The notes under the pieces: model-generated | Told to the model about the DNA's origin: nothing | Database searches by the model: none | What the model saw: only the letters and a program-made list of their open reading frames with translations | Position numbers and translations under genes: made by a program | In this document: piece by piece, positions 1 to 9,923 of the stretch | Layout: each line of letters starts with the position of its first letter | Position numbering within the stretch: the stretch's first letter is position 1 | Source of the DNA: an uncultured cyanobacterium | Lineage (GTDB): Bacteria > Cyanobacteriota > Cyanobacteriia > Cyanobacteriales > Cyanobacteriaceae | Length of the DNA stretch: 64,000 bases | Reading direction: 5' to 3' | Assembly: GCA_963710605.1 (NCBI GenBank) | Contig: CAVQBA010000004.1 | Location: forward strand, 640,001 to 704,000

Positions 1-2
1 TA

Positions 3-605
3 GTTGAATCGGGAAACCCTTATGCAAAATTGAAAAAATTTAAAAAGGAGAAACCAGCAGAAGCTGATCCTTTTAATGAAATAGAAAAAAACCTAATTAT
101 CTCAGCGTTTGAAAACAACAACAACTATTTTGCTAATTTTATTAAATTTTTATTTCTAACTGGATGCCGTCCAAGTGAAGCTTGTGGATTAAAGTGGAAA
201 AACATTGATTTATTAATAAAACATAGAATTAAATTCTGTGAAGTCGTGGTAAGTGGAGTTTGGCAAGAGGGGACGAAAACAGAACCTTATCGCTTTTTTC
301 CAGTTAATCAGCAATTAAGAGAATTGCTAGCTAATATTCAACGACCTGATGAATACGTATTTCATAGTAAAAAAGGTTTTGCGATCGATAATCATAATTT
401 TTTGAATCGAGAATGGAAACCATTGGTTAAAGAGTTGCCAATTAGGTATCGCTCTATCTATAGCGTTAGAGATACTTTTATAACCAATTGTCTTGAAAAA
501 GGAATTAAACCAAAACAGCTTAGTAAATGGGTAGGCAATAGCCCGGAAATTATTTGGAAGAATTATGCTGGCATCGTAGAGCAAAAAGAAGTCCCTAATT
601 TTTGA
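3..605 (+). CDS. Tyrosine recombinase/integrase, C-terminal catalytic part (5' end outside the window)
   Basis: Frame is open from nt 3. It carries LTGCRPSEA (box I Arg), YSVRDTF (variant HxxR), VGNS and WKNYA (catalytic Tyr), and lies next to a tRNA 3' end. Confidence 0.9.
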   Translation, partial: VESGNPYAKLKKFKKEKPAEADPFNEIEKNLIISAFENNNNYFANFIKFLFLTGCRPSEACGLKWKNIDLLIKHRIKFCEVVVSGVWQEGTKTEPYRFFPVNQQLRELLANIQRPDEYVFHSKKGFAIDNHNFLNREWKPLVKELPIRYRSIYSVRDTFITNCLEKGIKPKQLSKWVGNSPEIIWKNYAGIVEQKEVPNF

Positions 606-616
606 CCTAGAGTTTA

Positions 617-707
617 TTGATAAACAATTGATAAACAAAAAACAAAAGGCGAATGCCGTAAGCTTATTCTTTCGTTAAATATTAAGTAATTAACAATTGA
701 TAAACAA
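617..707 (+). repeat. Three direct copies of TTGATAAACAA, putative integrase arm-binding sites
   Basis: Exact 11-mers at 617-627, 628-638 and 697-707, between the integrase stop and the tRNA. Confidence 0.6.
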
Positions 708-712
708 ATAGT

Positions 713-741
713 TTTAAATGCCCATCTAACGGGCATTTAAA
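713..741. terminator. Hairpin between the convergent integrase and tRNA genes
   Basis: TTTAAATGCCC-atctaac-GGGCATTTAAA, a perfect 11-bp inverted repeat. Confidence 0.55.
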
Positions 742-797
742 CGAAAAACAAGCCCCTGAGCAAGAGCTTGTATATCTTTTAATTATTGCGTTTTAAA

Positions 798-869
798 TGG
801 CTGAAGCGAGATTTGAACTCGCGACCAAGAGCTTATGAGTCTCCTGCTCTACCACTGAGCTACCCAGCC
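798..869 (-). tRNA. trnM: tRNA-Met(CAT), probably the elongator
   Basis: Reverse complement GGCTGGGTAGCTCAGTGGTAGAGCAGGAGACTCATAAGCTCTTGGTCGCGAGTTCAAATCTCGCTTCAGCCA folds as a cloverleaf with CAT anticodon, G1-C72 pair and TTCAAAT T-loop. Confidence 0.92.
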
Positions 870-893
870 TTGTGTTTTATACCACGATTAAAT

Positions 894-922
894 ATTTTAA
901 CCAATATATTAAGTTCTGTCAA
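894..922 (-). promoter_or_regulatory. sigma70-type promoter of the tRNA
   Basis: Minus strand TTGACA-17 nt-TAAAAT, about 25 nt upstream of the tRNA 5' end. Confidence 0.75.
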
Positions 923-1038
923 GTAAAAACAAGATAATTAAGAAAAATATTTGCAGTCTCAGAGTAAATATTCAATAGTTGATAGCTAAATATCTCTAGC
1001 ATGAAACGATCGATCGTACAATTATCAATTATCAATTA

Positions 1039-1812
1039 TCAATTACCCTCGTACATTTGCCGATAACTTTCCATGGCATAAAAAATCAGGTTAGTATCGA
1101 CGATTATTTTATCGCTCAACCCTGGGTAGATACTAGTAATAGACTCAGACAATAACACAGCATCTCCTCCCGTCAAAATAACTTGGCTTTGAGGATATTT
1201 GTTTAACCAGTCTTGAGTAAATTCTTTGATTCCTGCCACAATCGTATGAATTACACCACTTTGAATCGCACAAGGAGTGTTGTTTGCCCAACGAGAAGAA
1301 ACACCTGTAATAATTTCGATTTCAGGCAAAGATGCAGTATTAAGAAAAAGACTTTGTAATTGTAATTTCACTCCGGGTAAAATCGCTCCACCAACTACTT
1401 TATTATTTTCATCCGCACCAGTTATAGTTAAAGCAGTGCCGCTGTCGATAACCAAAGAAGGAAAACCATACCGACAACCACTTCCCCATAAAGCTAAAAT
1501 TCGATCGATTCCCATCGTTGGGTAAACATTGTTTAAAGGAATCAAACAACTATCAATAATTCTTGTCTGTGGTAACGGTAAATATATTTTAGTTGCCGAA
1601 GGTACAACTGAAGCGATATAAAGAGGCACTTTAGCCCGTAAATAAGTTTTTAATTCTTCATCAACAACTTGAGGTAATTCATTTAAACTATTTACTTGAG
1701 AAGTATTCCATGTCTTTCTCAAATCATTGGCTTGAAAATAACTCCAATGTAGTCGAGAATTACCAATCATCAATCCTAGCCAGTAGTCTTTATTGATAAC
1801 GTTATCTAACAC
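1039..1812 (-). CDS. coaX: Type III pantothenate kinase
   Basis: MIGNSRLHW, ASVVP, MGIDR, VIDSGTALT, GGAILPG and LTGGD motifs. Confidence 0.92.
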   Translation of the reverse strand: MLDNVINKDYWLGLMIGNSRLHWSYFQANDLRKTWNTSQVNSLNELPQVVDEELKTYLRAKVPLYIASVVPSATKIYLPLPQTRIIDSCLIPLNNVYPTMGIDRILALWGSGCRYGFPSLVIDSGTALTITGADENNKVVGGAILPGVKLQLQSLFLNTASLPEIEIITGVSSRWANNTPCAIQSGVIHTIVAGIKEFTQDWLNKYPQSQVILTGGDAVLLSESITSIYPGLSDKIIVDTNLIFYAMESYRQMYEGN

Positions 1813-2685
1813 CTAATATAATTCCTAATAGTAAAATAAATCCAATCCAGACATTCTGACTAAATATCTGACCGTAATTGATTAATTCTTGATTCGGTAA
1901 CCTAATCGTAATGTATTGTCCAGACCAAAGAATAACAGCAATCATCCAAGTTAGACCAAAAAAGAAGTTAAGATAGTTTACCATCCCCAAATAAGCAAAT
2001 AAACCAGCAGTAAGAGCGAAAAACAAACCGACTGCTTCTCCTGCTAAATCATCAAAAAAGATTGCACTAGAGTTGATACCTAATTTGAGATCATCTTCTT
2101 TATCTGACATAGCATAAATAGTATCAAAACCCATAGTCCATGTAACAGTTGCCGCCCATAATACCCATGCGTTAGCAGTTAAATCGCCTGTTAAAGCACT
2201 CCAACTAATCAAAACCGCAAAACCCCAAGCCAAAGATAATACTAATTGAGGAACAGGAAAAAATCTTTTAGCTAGAGGATAACAAATAATAAAAGGTACT
2301 GCCATCACGCAAAGCCAAAAACTGAGAGGATTAAGATAAAGTGCTAAACCCCCAGCACATCCCAAGCTAATAAAAAAAACTATGATACCAACTCTAACTG
2401 ATAAAGCCCGACTTGCTAAAGGACGAGTTTTGGTTCTCGTTACCTGAGTATCTATGTTACGATCCCATAAGTCATTAATTACACATCCTGCAGCACTTGT
2501 AGCTAATGTACCTAAAATAATAATTCCCACTAAAACTAGTGGTGGATGTCCGTTTCCTGCTAAAAATATTGCCCATAATGCAGGAATCATTAAAATTAGT
2601 CTCCCTGCGGGTTTATCCCAACGTAATAGTTTGATAATACTCCATAATAATTCTTGAGTGTTTCGGCACGAGGCGAAGAAATCAT
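1802..2685 (-). CDS. plqA: 4-hydroxybenzoate solanesyltransferase (UbiA family); possible 1-nt frameshift near the start
   Basis: NDLWDRNID, RPLAS and DTIYAMSDKEDD motifs. The conserved LLRWDKPAGRLILM continues in frame upstream of 2590, but the nearest ATG (2685) is out of frame. Confidence 0.85.
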
Positions 2686-2878
2686 AATAGTTGATAGCCT
2701 AATAGTAGTTAAGAGTTAAGAGTTAGAGACGTTGCGGTACAATGTCTATGTTGCTATAATCAATTGAATTGTTTGTTACTCAATAGTGTATCAAATAAAC
2801 TATCTTCTTTTTTTTGTAGAGTAACGATCGATTGGTTAAGATATAGTTAGATTTACAATTAACTTGATTTTTTTTTCA

Positions 2879-3193
2879 ATGAAAAAGTTATCACTGTTTC
2901 GATCGTTAAAGATGTTTTATCGTCAAGAATCTGCCACGGCTTTTATCTTACTGATGGCGATTACTAATATTTTCATTGGTAGCTTTAATCAAAGTTGGAC
3001 GTTATTTTCTTTTAGTCTTTTAATGATGATAATTGCTCTTTTTCCTAAATGGCGAAAAAAACAAAAATTTAAACCTCTTCGACGCAAAAAACAGAGAGTT
3101 TCTTCTTACATTTCTCGTCAACCTGTTTATATTTCTCCTCGCACTCCCCTAACTCCATTACCGCCATTAAAAAGAAAGAGAGATTATCTTTAA
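2879..3193 (+). CDS. Small hypothetical membrane protein
   Basis: Two hydrophobic segments and a basic, Pro-rich tail. Confidence 0.65.
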   Translation: MKKLSLFRSLKMFYRQESATAFILLMAITNIFIGSFNQSWTLFSFSLLMMIIALFPKWRKKQKFKPLRRKKQRVSSYISRQPVYISPRTPLTPLPPLKRKRDYL

Positions 3194-3304
3194 ATAACAG
3201 ATAACAGATAAAAAGTATCCTCAACTATTAATTATTGATTATCAGTGACCGATCGATAATGATAAAATCAAATGATAGATTGAACAAAATTATAATCATC
3301 AACA

Positions 3305-3982
3305 GTGAGCAATCAGTTGTCAACATCTATTAATGTAAGTGAAAAAACCGAATATCAGGATAACTTAATCGATTGATTATTTATTGCTTTATTTTCGAGC
3401 AAAATGGCAAAAGCAGTCAATAAAAAAACTGATAAAAAAGGTTATCAAGGTTTCGTCGATTTATCTGAGCAAATAATGCAAGGGCGAAACGCTCAAGAGC
3501 AACAACAATTAGTCGCTGTTGTGTTAAAGTCTTTAGTACCTTCTCCTGTTTTATACTTTATCCGTACTTTCTTTTCGCCGACAAAATGGGTATGTGAATC
3601 TAATGCTTGGTTTGCCAGTATTTTATTTGAATGGTTAGTTGGAGAATCAGAAATTAACACTGTGGAAGTGATGGATGAAAATAATCAGCCTCATCAACAA
3701 GATAGTTGTGTGAAAATTAAAAAATGTCGTTATCTAGAAGAAAGTGGTTGTGTGGGGATGTGCATTAATATGTGTAAATTACCCACGCAAAAATTTTTTA
3801 CCGAATCTTTTGGTATTCCTCTAACTATGATTCCTGATTTTGAAGATTTTAGTTGCGAAATGATTTTTGGTCAAAATCCGCCTCCTCTTGATACTGAAGA
3901 AGCAAGTAACCAACCTTGTTTAAATCTGACTTGCCCTACTGCTAATCCGAATGATAAACCTTGTCATAAAATATACGAATAA
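3305..3982 (+). CDS. DUF4033 / D27-like (beta-carotene isomerase family) Fe-S protein, with an in-frame TGA at 3374
   Basis: KKCRYLEESGCVGMCINMCKLPTQKFF and FEDFSCEMIFGQ motifs. The upstream frame reads YQDNLID*LFIALFSSKMA. Confidence 0.8.
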
Positions 3983-4031
3983 CTACAAATAATTGACAAT
4001 AAATTTATTTCAAGTCAATTTAATTTAGATA

Positions 4032-4937
4032 ATGAAATTAGTTAAAAAATTTGTTCGTTGGTTGATTTTAGGTTTAACTGTTTTTTTGATACTCTATAAT
4101 TTACATCAAAATTGGCGATCGATCGAGCAAATAAAAATCACTAATTTTGTTTGGCAAATGTTTGCTTTAAGTATATTCTTCAATGCTTTAGCTCACACTT
4201 TTTCAGCATGGGTTTGGACATGGATTTTAAATTTATTTTCGACTAAATTACAGGGAATTGAAGCTATCTGTGTCTATTTAATTACCAATATCAGTAAATA
4301 TCTTCCCGGTAATGTTTGGCACTTTGTCGGACGTGTTAAAGCTCTTCAAAGTAAAGGTGATAGTTTAGCTACTGCTACAGTTGCCGTCATTATCGAGCCT
4401 TTATTAATGGCGATCGCCGCTTTATTGATTACAGTAATTAGTACGAGTTTTGGCACGATTAATTTTGACTCATTTAGCTTGATTTTTTTAGGACAAATTA
4501 CTTTAGTTTTGGGAAGTTTAATTGGGATACATCCTCGGATTATGAACCCGATTTTAAGTAAATTAGCTAAAGGAAAAGGAAGCGATAAGGCAACTAAATT
4601 AACTAAATATCCATTGCTTCCATTAATAGGAGAAACAATATTTTTACTATTAAGAGGAAGTGCTTTGATTATACTTTTAAACGCTTTTACGCCTGTAAAT
4701 ATAACTTTAATTCCTCAAGTTTTAACCGCATTTAGTTTTGCTTGGATGCTCGGTTTAATTGTACCGGGTGCACCCGGAGGAATGGGTGTTTTTGAAGCTA
4801 CCATCATCGCTACGGTGGATAATACCCTTTTTCCTCAGCAAATTATTTTAGTCGTAGTCGCCCTTTTCCGCATCAGCAGTATTCTAGCTGAGGTAATAAC
4901 TGCCTACATTGCTTTTATCGTGAATAAACGGAATTAA
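4032..4937 (+). CDS. UPF0104 / lysylphosphatidylglycerol-synthase TM-domain flippase-like protein
   Basis: KYLPGNVWHFVGR and PGAPGGMGVFE motifs; multiple TM helices. Confidence 0.8.
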   Translation: MKLVKKFVRWLILGLTVFLILYNLHQNWRSIEQIKITNFVWQMFALSIFFNALAHTFSAWVWTWILNLFSTKLQGIEAICVYLITNISKYLPGNVWHFVGRVKALQSKGDSLATATVAVIIEPLLMAIAALLITVISTSFGTINFDSFSLIFLGQITLVLGSLIGIHPRIMNPILSKLAKGKGSDKATKLTKYPLLPLIGETIFLLLRGSALIILLNAFTPVNITLIPQVLTAFSFAWMLGLIVPGAPGGMGVFEATIIATVDNTLFPQQIILVVVALFRISSILAEVITAYIAFIVNKRN

Positions 4938-4977
4938 ATAAAGGAGTCAAAAGGGCAAAGGGCAAAGGGCAAGGACG

Positions 4978-5105
4978 GGGCTGTTTCATTCTCGGAAGAA
5001 GAAAATAGCTAGAAGCTATTATTACTATACGATCGAGCAATTTAGTTACATTATATTTTTACGATTAGAAAAAAACTGCTATCCATTTACTGCTATTTCT
5101 TATAC
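4978..5105 (+). mobile_element. Partial MITE (left end GGGCTGTTTCA), homologous to 33223-33436
   Basis: Shares GGGCTGTTTCATT..GGAAGA..GAAAATAGCTAGAAGCTATTATTAC..ATACGATCGAG with the complete copy. No right terminal repeat was seen. Confidence 0.65.
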
Positions 5106-5207
5106 GTCTTTGACTCTTCCCCAATAATTGCTTCAAATAAGAATTCAAGAATACAGTTATGGATAAATTTTCGTTATCCTATAAAAAAAGTTTCTAATTT
5201 TTTGATT

Positions 5208-6272
5208 ATGCCCTCAGATAAACCTTTACAACGAAGACAAGTCTTACGCTTAGCTACCTTAGCCGCTGGTGCATCTTTATTTCCTTCAGCCTGTCGTGCT
5301 ATTGATTCAACGGTTTCTGATCAAGAAGTAATAGTGCAATCATCTTCTCCATTTTCTGCTTTAACACCGCCTCAAACAAGTAAAGTCGTAGTGGTTTATA
5401 ATGAAAATCGTTCCGCCGGGACTCGTCAAGCGTTAGATCTTTTACAACCTAATGAGTTGAAGGGAAAAACTGTTTTTCTTAAACCTAACTATAATACAGG
5501 AGATCAAGCTCCCGCCGCTACAGACAGTCAATTATTAGAAACCTTAATTCAAGAATTTCAAAGGGCTAAAGTAGGACAAATTACCATTGGCGATCGATCT
5601 GGAATGGCGGATACTCGCCAAGCAATGGAGAAAAAAGGCGTTTTTAAGTTAGCCGAAAAATATGGACTCTCAACTCTTGTCTTTGACGAGATGGAAGCTA
5701 AAAAATGGCAATATGTGGCGGCAGAAGGTACACACTGGAAAAAGGGGTTTGCTTTTGCTCGTCCTATTTTGGAGTCAGAGGCAATTATTAATACTTGTTG
5801 TTTAAAAACCCATCGATATGGAGGTCATTTTACCCTTTCTTTAAAAAATTCAGTCGGAATGGTGGCAAAATATGTACCAGGGGATTCTTTTAACTACATG
5901 GGAGATTTACATTCTTCTTCCTATCAACGTTTGATGATTGCAGAAATCAATCAAGCCTATCAACCCTCTTTAGTTCTTTTAGATGGAGTAGAAGCTTTTG
6001 TTAATGGGGGACCTGCAAAGGGTAAAAAAGTTCGTTCTAACGTTATTTTAGCTGGAACAGATCGAGTAGCAATCGATGTGGTAGCAATCGCCTTACTTCG
6101 TTCTTTAGGGACAACAAATCAGGTATCTAAAGGATCTGTTTGGGAATTAGAGCAAATCAAACGAGCTGTTGAATTAGGCTTAGGAATAAGTCAAAGTGAA
6201 CAAATTGAGTTTATTGTACCTGATGCAGAAAGTCAGGCTATCGTCGATCGGATTCGACCTTTGATCGTTTAA
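5208..6272 (+). CDS. DUF362 domain protein with a twin-arginine (Tat) signal, possible lipoprotein
   Basis: RRQVL...PSAC leader; VFLKPN, LKTH, TLSLKNSVG and DRVAID motifs. Confidence 0.8.
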   Translation: MPSDKPLQRRQVLRLATLAAGASLFPSACRAIDSTVSDQEVIVQSSSPFSALTPPQTSKVVVVYNENRSAGTRQALDLLQPNELKGKTVFLKPNYNTGDQAPAATDSQLLETLIQEFQRAKVGQITIGDRSGMADTRQAMEKKGVFKLAEKYGLSTLVFDEMEAKKWQYVAAEGTHWKKGFAFARPILESEAIINTCCLKTHRYGGHFTLSLKNSVGMVAKYVPGDSFNYMGDLHSSSYQRLMIAEINQAYQPSLVLLDGVEAFVNGGPAKGKKVRSNVILAGTDRVAIDVVAIALLRSLGTTNQVSKGSVWELEQIKRAVELGLGISQSEQIEFIVPDAESQAIVDRIRPLIV

Positions 6273-6388
6273 TTTAAGATGATTAGAAAATAAATATAAT
6301 CTCGAAGCATAGAACAAATATGAAGGATTAAAGTCCTTATTACGATCGCTAAGCCCTTCATTTACTACTGTCTTTTAATTATTAATTA

Positions 6389-7585
6389 TCAGGCTATACT
6401 TCCTCGTTTACGGGCTTCTTTATAGGAGATACCAACATTTTTGAGTCCAGCTTTGAGCATTTGATCTTCTAGTAAAGCAAAAAAGCGACTTCGATCGCTA
6501 CCCTTGACAACTGCTAAGTTATGTGCTTCTGCTAAAGCAACAGGATAACCAAAACCTTTATCAACTTGAGTTAAGGTGATACCAAGAGCTTGATTTAGTA
6601 GTTTTTCATCTTTTGCTACCCATTCAGGAAATTCAATCCGAGCAATTTCTGTACCCACATGAAGATAACAAAAATAAATATGTTGCCCTTCAGTATATAA
6701 ACTTAAAATACGAGAGTTACTCCGAAAAATAGCACTTCGTTGTCCGGGTTTCAACAAATTTGCTAATAACGTCACATCTTTGAGCGGTTGAACTTTTTGA
6801 CAAGGTGGTTTATCCATTTTATCACCACAAAAAGTAATACAATTAGGTTGCTCGTAAGTACAAGCAGGATAACGTAAAAAACTAACGGCTTCGATACTAC
6901 GAGAAGCACTAATATAGCCAATAATAGGAACATTGGTCGATCGTAATTGTTGCCAAGACTCTAGTACAGGGTTTAGAATAGTTTCTCTGGCTTCTAGGGC
7001 TAATGTTTCTAAAAACCAGTAAATTAACGAACCATCAGTCATGGCTAAATTAGGAATATCAAAATGTTCGCCTGGTGGATTCACCCACGTACAAGCCATT
7101 TCGGCTAAGACTTCAGCTTCAGCGACAGTACGCCGATAGCTCATCCATTCTTCGGTACGAATACCCCATTTACGAGAAACATATAAGTCTTCAGATTTAT
7201 AATATATTTCTGGTAAGGTATCTAATAACGGATACAAGTTTTGCCCATAATGCAACATGATTCGCCCAATATTGATTAAATAACAATAAGCAATTTCATG
7301 ATGAGAAGGGGCAATTTGTGAGCCATCAGCCGAAAAAACACTATGACTTGTTGTCACAGGTTGAATATCAATACAAGTAGAAATTGGTTCGATTGGTGTT
7401 GCCGCATTGAATATCGATCGATCGAGCCATTGGTTTTGTGCTTCAGTAAATTTATCTTGCTCTTTTTCTATCTCTTGAAATAAAGATTGAGCTAGTCTTA
7501 ATCTTTGCCCGCTAGCGACTATATCTTTTTGCATTTCTACACCAATATCAGGCATTTTTTTGGCTAGTTTAGATAAATCTAACAT
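6389..7585 (-). CDS. NurA-domain nuclease
   Basis: SADGSQ, MTDGSL and GYPVALAEAHNLAVV motifs. Confidence 0.85.
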   Translation of the reverse strand: MLDLSKLAKKMPDIGVEMQKDIVASGQRLRLAQSLFQEIEKEQDKFTEAQNQWLDRSIFNAATPIEPISTCIDIQPVTTSHSVFSADGSQIAPSHHEIAYCYLINIGRIMLHYGQNLYPLLDTLPEIYYKSEDLYVSRKWGIRTEEWMSYRRTVAEAEVLAEMACTWVNPPGEHFDIPNLAMTDGSLIYWFLETLALEARETILNPVLESWQQLRSTNVPIIGYISASRSIEAVSFLRYPACTYEQPNCITFCGDKMDKPPCQKVQPLKDVTLLANLLKPGQRSAIFRSNSRILSLYTEGQHIYFCYLHVGTEIARIEFPEWVAKDEKLLNQALGITLTQVDKGFGYPVALAEAHNLAVVKGSDRSRFFALLEDQMLKAGLKNVGISYKEARKRGSIA

Positions 7586-7735
7586 AATTATTCAATGTGT
7601 CTTATAACACAAAATATTATTTTTGAGACTGATTTTGTTTAATCGATAAATCCAAAATCTTTTATTAGTATAATTATACTGATTTATTATCTTGACGCAG
7701 AGATTGAATTTAAATAGCTAAATTGAAGATAAGGA

Positions 7736-8278
7736 TTAAATTGATTCGGTTTCGATCGAGCTGGAAAAATTAGGGATAAGATAAATTAAGCCAGAAATCA
7801 GAGTTAAGACTACAGCACACCAAAAGGAAATGATACCAAATGTTTCTAAACTAGGAATGGGAGCGATTAGACAAGAAATTGCTAATATTTGCGTAACTGT
7901 TTTAAGTTTACCCCAGATATTTGCTCCTGAAATTTCGGTTTGTTGATTTAACTCAGGATTAATTCTCCATCCAGCGATAACTATTTCTCTGACAATAATT
8001 AAAAATACTCCCCATGCAGGTATTTGTTGTCGTTCGATTAAAACAAGTAAAGGTGCAATTACCAAAATTTTATCAGTTAAAGGATCTAAAAATTTACCTA
8101 AAGCGGTGACTTGATTTAGTTTTCGGGCTAAATAACCATCTAACCAATCAGTTAAAGAGGCGATGATAAAAAGACTTAATGCCCACCATTGATAATTAGT
8201 TTGTGTTTGGTAAAGTAAATAGGTAATAGGAAATACTAGAATGATTCTACTGAAGGTGATTGTATTGGGGATATTCAT
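7736..8278 (-). CDS. pgsA: CDP-diacylglycerol--glycerol-3-phosphate 3-phosphatidyltransferase
   Basis: MNIPNTIT and TDWLDGYLARKLNQVTALGKFLDPLTDK motifs. Confidence 0.95.
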   Translation of the reverse strand: MNIPNTITFSRIILVFPITYLLYQTQTNYQWWALSLFIIASLTDWLDGYLARKLNQVTALGKFLDPLTDKILVIAPLLVLIERQQIPAWGVFLIIVREIVIAGWRINPELNQQTEISGANIWGKLKTVTQILAISCLIAPIPSLETFGIISFWCAVVLTLISGLIYLIPNFSSSIETESI

Positions 8279-8416
8279 TAATTAATAATTAATAACTTTG
8301 CCATCTGTTATAACAAATTATGAGCTAATGACTATTTAACTTAAGGAGGAAAAATTAGTTACTCATAGCAATTAGTGAGTCGGTATTTGACATTTATGAA
8401 TCTAAAGATGATAAAC

Positions 8417-8600
8417 CGCAGAGTACGCAGAGTACGCAGAGAAAGATGGAGGAGAAAAGAGTAATATAGAGGAGAAGAGAGTAATATAGAGGAGAAGAGA
8501 GGAATATAGAGGAGAAGAGAGTAATATAGAGGAGAAGAGTAAAGACAAATGAGAAAAAAGAAAAATAGAACAATATAAAGTATATAGAGGAGAAGAGAGA
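8417..8600 (+). repeat. Purine-rich tandem repeats: about 3x CGCAGAGTA and about 4.5x 20-bp GGAGAAGAGAGTAATATAGA
   Basis: Directly visible; the 20-bp units span 8451-8540. Confidence 0.9.
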
Positions 8601-8800
8601 AAAAGATTCACTTTCAATCAAAAATTTGGGTTGACAAAATCGATCGTAAATCAACTTACTGACGACTATATTAAGTTTCAATTTTAATTCGAGGCGTGAT
8701 TAGAACTTTCTGAAGATATTAATTAAATTTCATTTTGATTCTAATGTATTATTATAAAATTGAAATAGTATTGATTTCTCTACGCAAAAAAAAGTTGATT

Positions 8801-9896
8801 ATGGCTATTAAACGATCGTCTTCTACAGATAAATCTCAACGTTTACCATTACAAAGAAAGAGTAAATCAACTAAAAACAGTAATCTTTCTACTGATACCG
8901 TCGAAGACAAACAAATATTACAACCAACAGCCAATACCGAAGAAACGACGACAAACGAAGACAAAATTCGTCCCGATAATTTAAGCAATTACGTCGGACA
9001 AAAAGATTTAAAGGAATTGATGTTAATTGCTATTCAAGCCGCCCAACAAAGAAACGAGCCTTTAGATCATATCTTATTTTATGGTCCTCCAGGGTTAGGT
9101 AAAACTACCATGTCATTAATTTTAGCAGAGGAGATGAAGGTCAATTGTAAAATTACCGCCGCACCAGCATTAGAGCGTCCTCGTGATATTACAGGTTTGT
9201 TGGTGAGTTTGCAAGCAGGAGATATATTATTTATTGATGAAATCCACCGTTTGAATCGAGTTACCGAAGAGTTGCTTTACCCAGCGATGGAAGATAGACG
9301 CTTAGATATTACTATCGGTAAAGGGCAAGCCGCTAAAATAAGAACAATTCCTCTTGCTCCTTTTACCCTTATTGGTGCTACAACTAAAGTAGGTGCATTA
9401 AGTTCGCCTTTACGCGATCGTTTTGGCTTGATTCAAAGATTGAAATTTTATGATGTAGATGAATTGACACAAATCGTAATTACGATCGGCTCAAATTTTA
9501 AATTTAGAGATTACTGCAAATGGGGCAATAGAAATCGCTCGTCGCTCTAGAGGCACACCGAGAATTAGTAATCGTTTGTTACGAAGAGTTAGAGATTATA
9601 CTCAAGTTAAACAAAATAATACTTCAATTACTAAATCGATCGCTAATGATGCTTTAAATTTACATAATGTCGATCCTTTAGGGTTAGATTGGACAGATAG
9701 ACTGGTATTATCAACTATAATCGAAAACTTTAATGGTGGCCCAGTTGGTTTAGAAGCAATAGCGGCGGCGACAGGAGAAGATGCAAAAACGATCGAAGAA
9801 GTTTATGAGCCTTATCTATTACAAATTGGCTTTATTAATCGTACTCGTCGAGGTAGAATCGTCACCGAAAAAGCCTATCAACACTTAAATAATTAA
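8801..9896 (+). CDS. ruvB: Holliday junction helicase RuvB, split by a +1 frameshift at about 9479
   Basis: [16 protein letters not shown] and LRDRFG motifs. Removing one A from GTAATTACGATCG restores QIVLRSAQIL...[10 protein letters not shown] and joins the two ORFs. Confidence 0.93.
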
Positions 9897-9923
9897 CTTT
9901 TAACTTTTAACTTTTAACTTTTA

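Noticed and set aside
6389-7585. NurA as part of a HerA-NurA or defence module
   Set aside because: No HerA, Mre11/Rad50 or Sir2 neighbour is present and the flanks are unrelated genes.
8451-8540. Possible CRISPR array
   Set aside because: The repeats are contiguous with no unique spacers, and no cas genes are in the window.
8394-8681. ORFs 8394-8681 and 8402-8617 on the minus strand
   Set aside because: They are translations of the purine-rich tandem repeat, with no protein motif.
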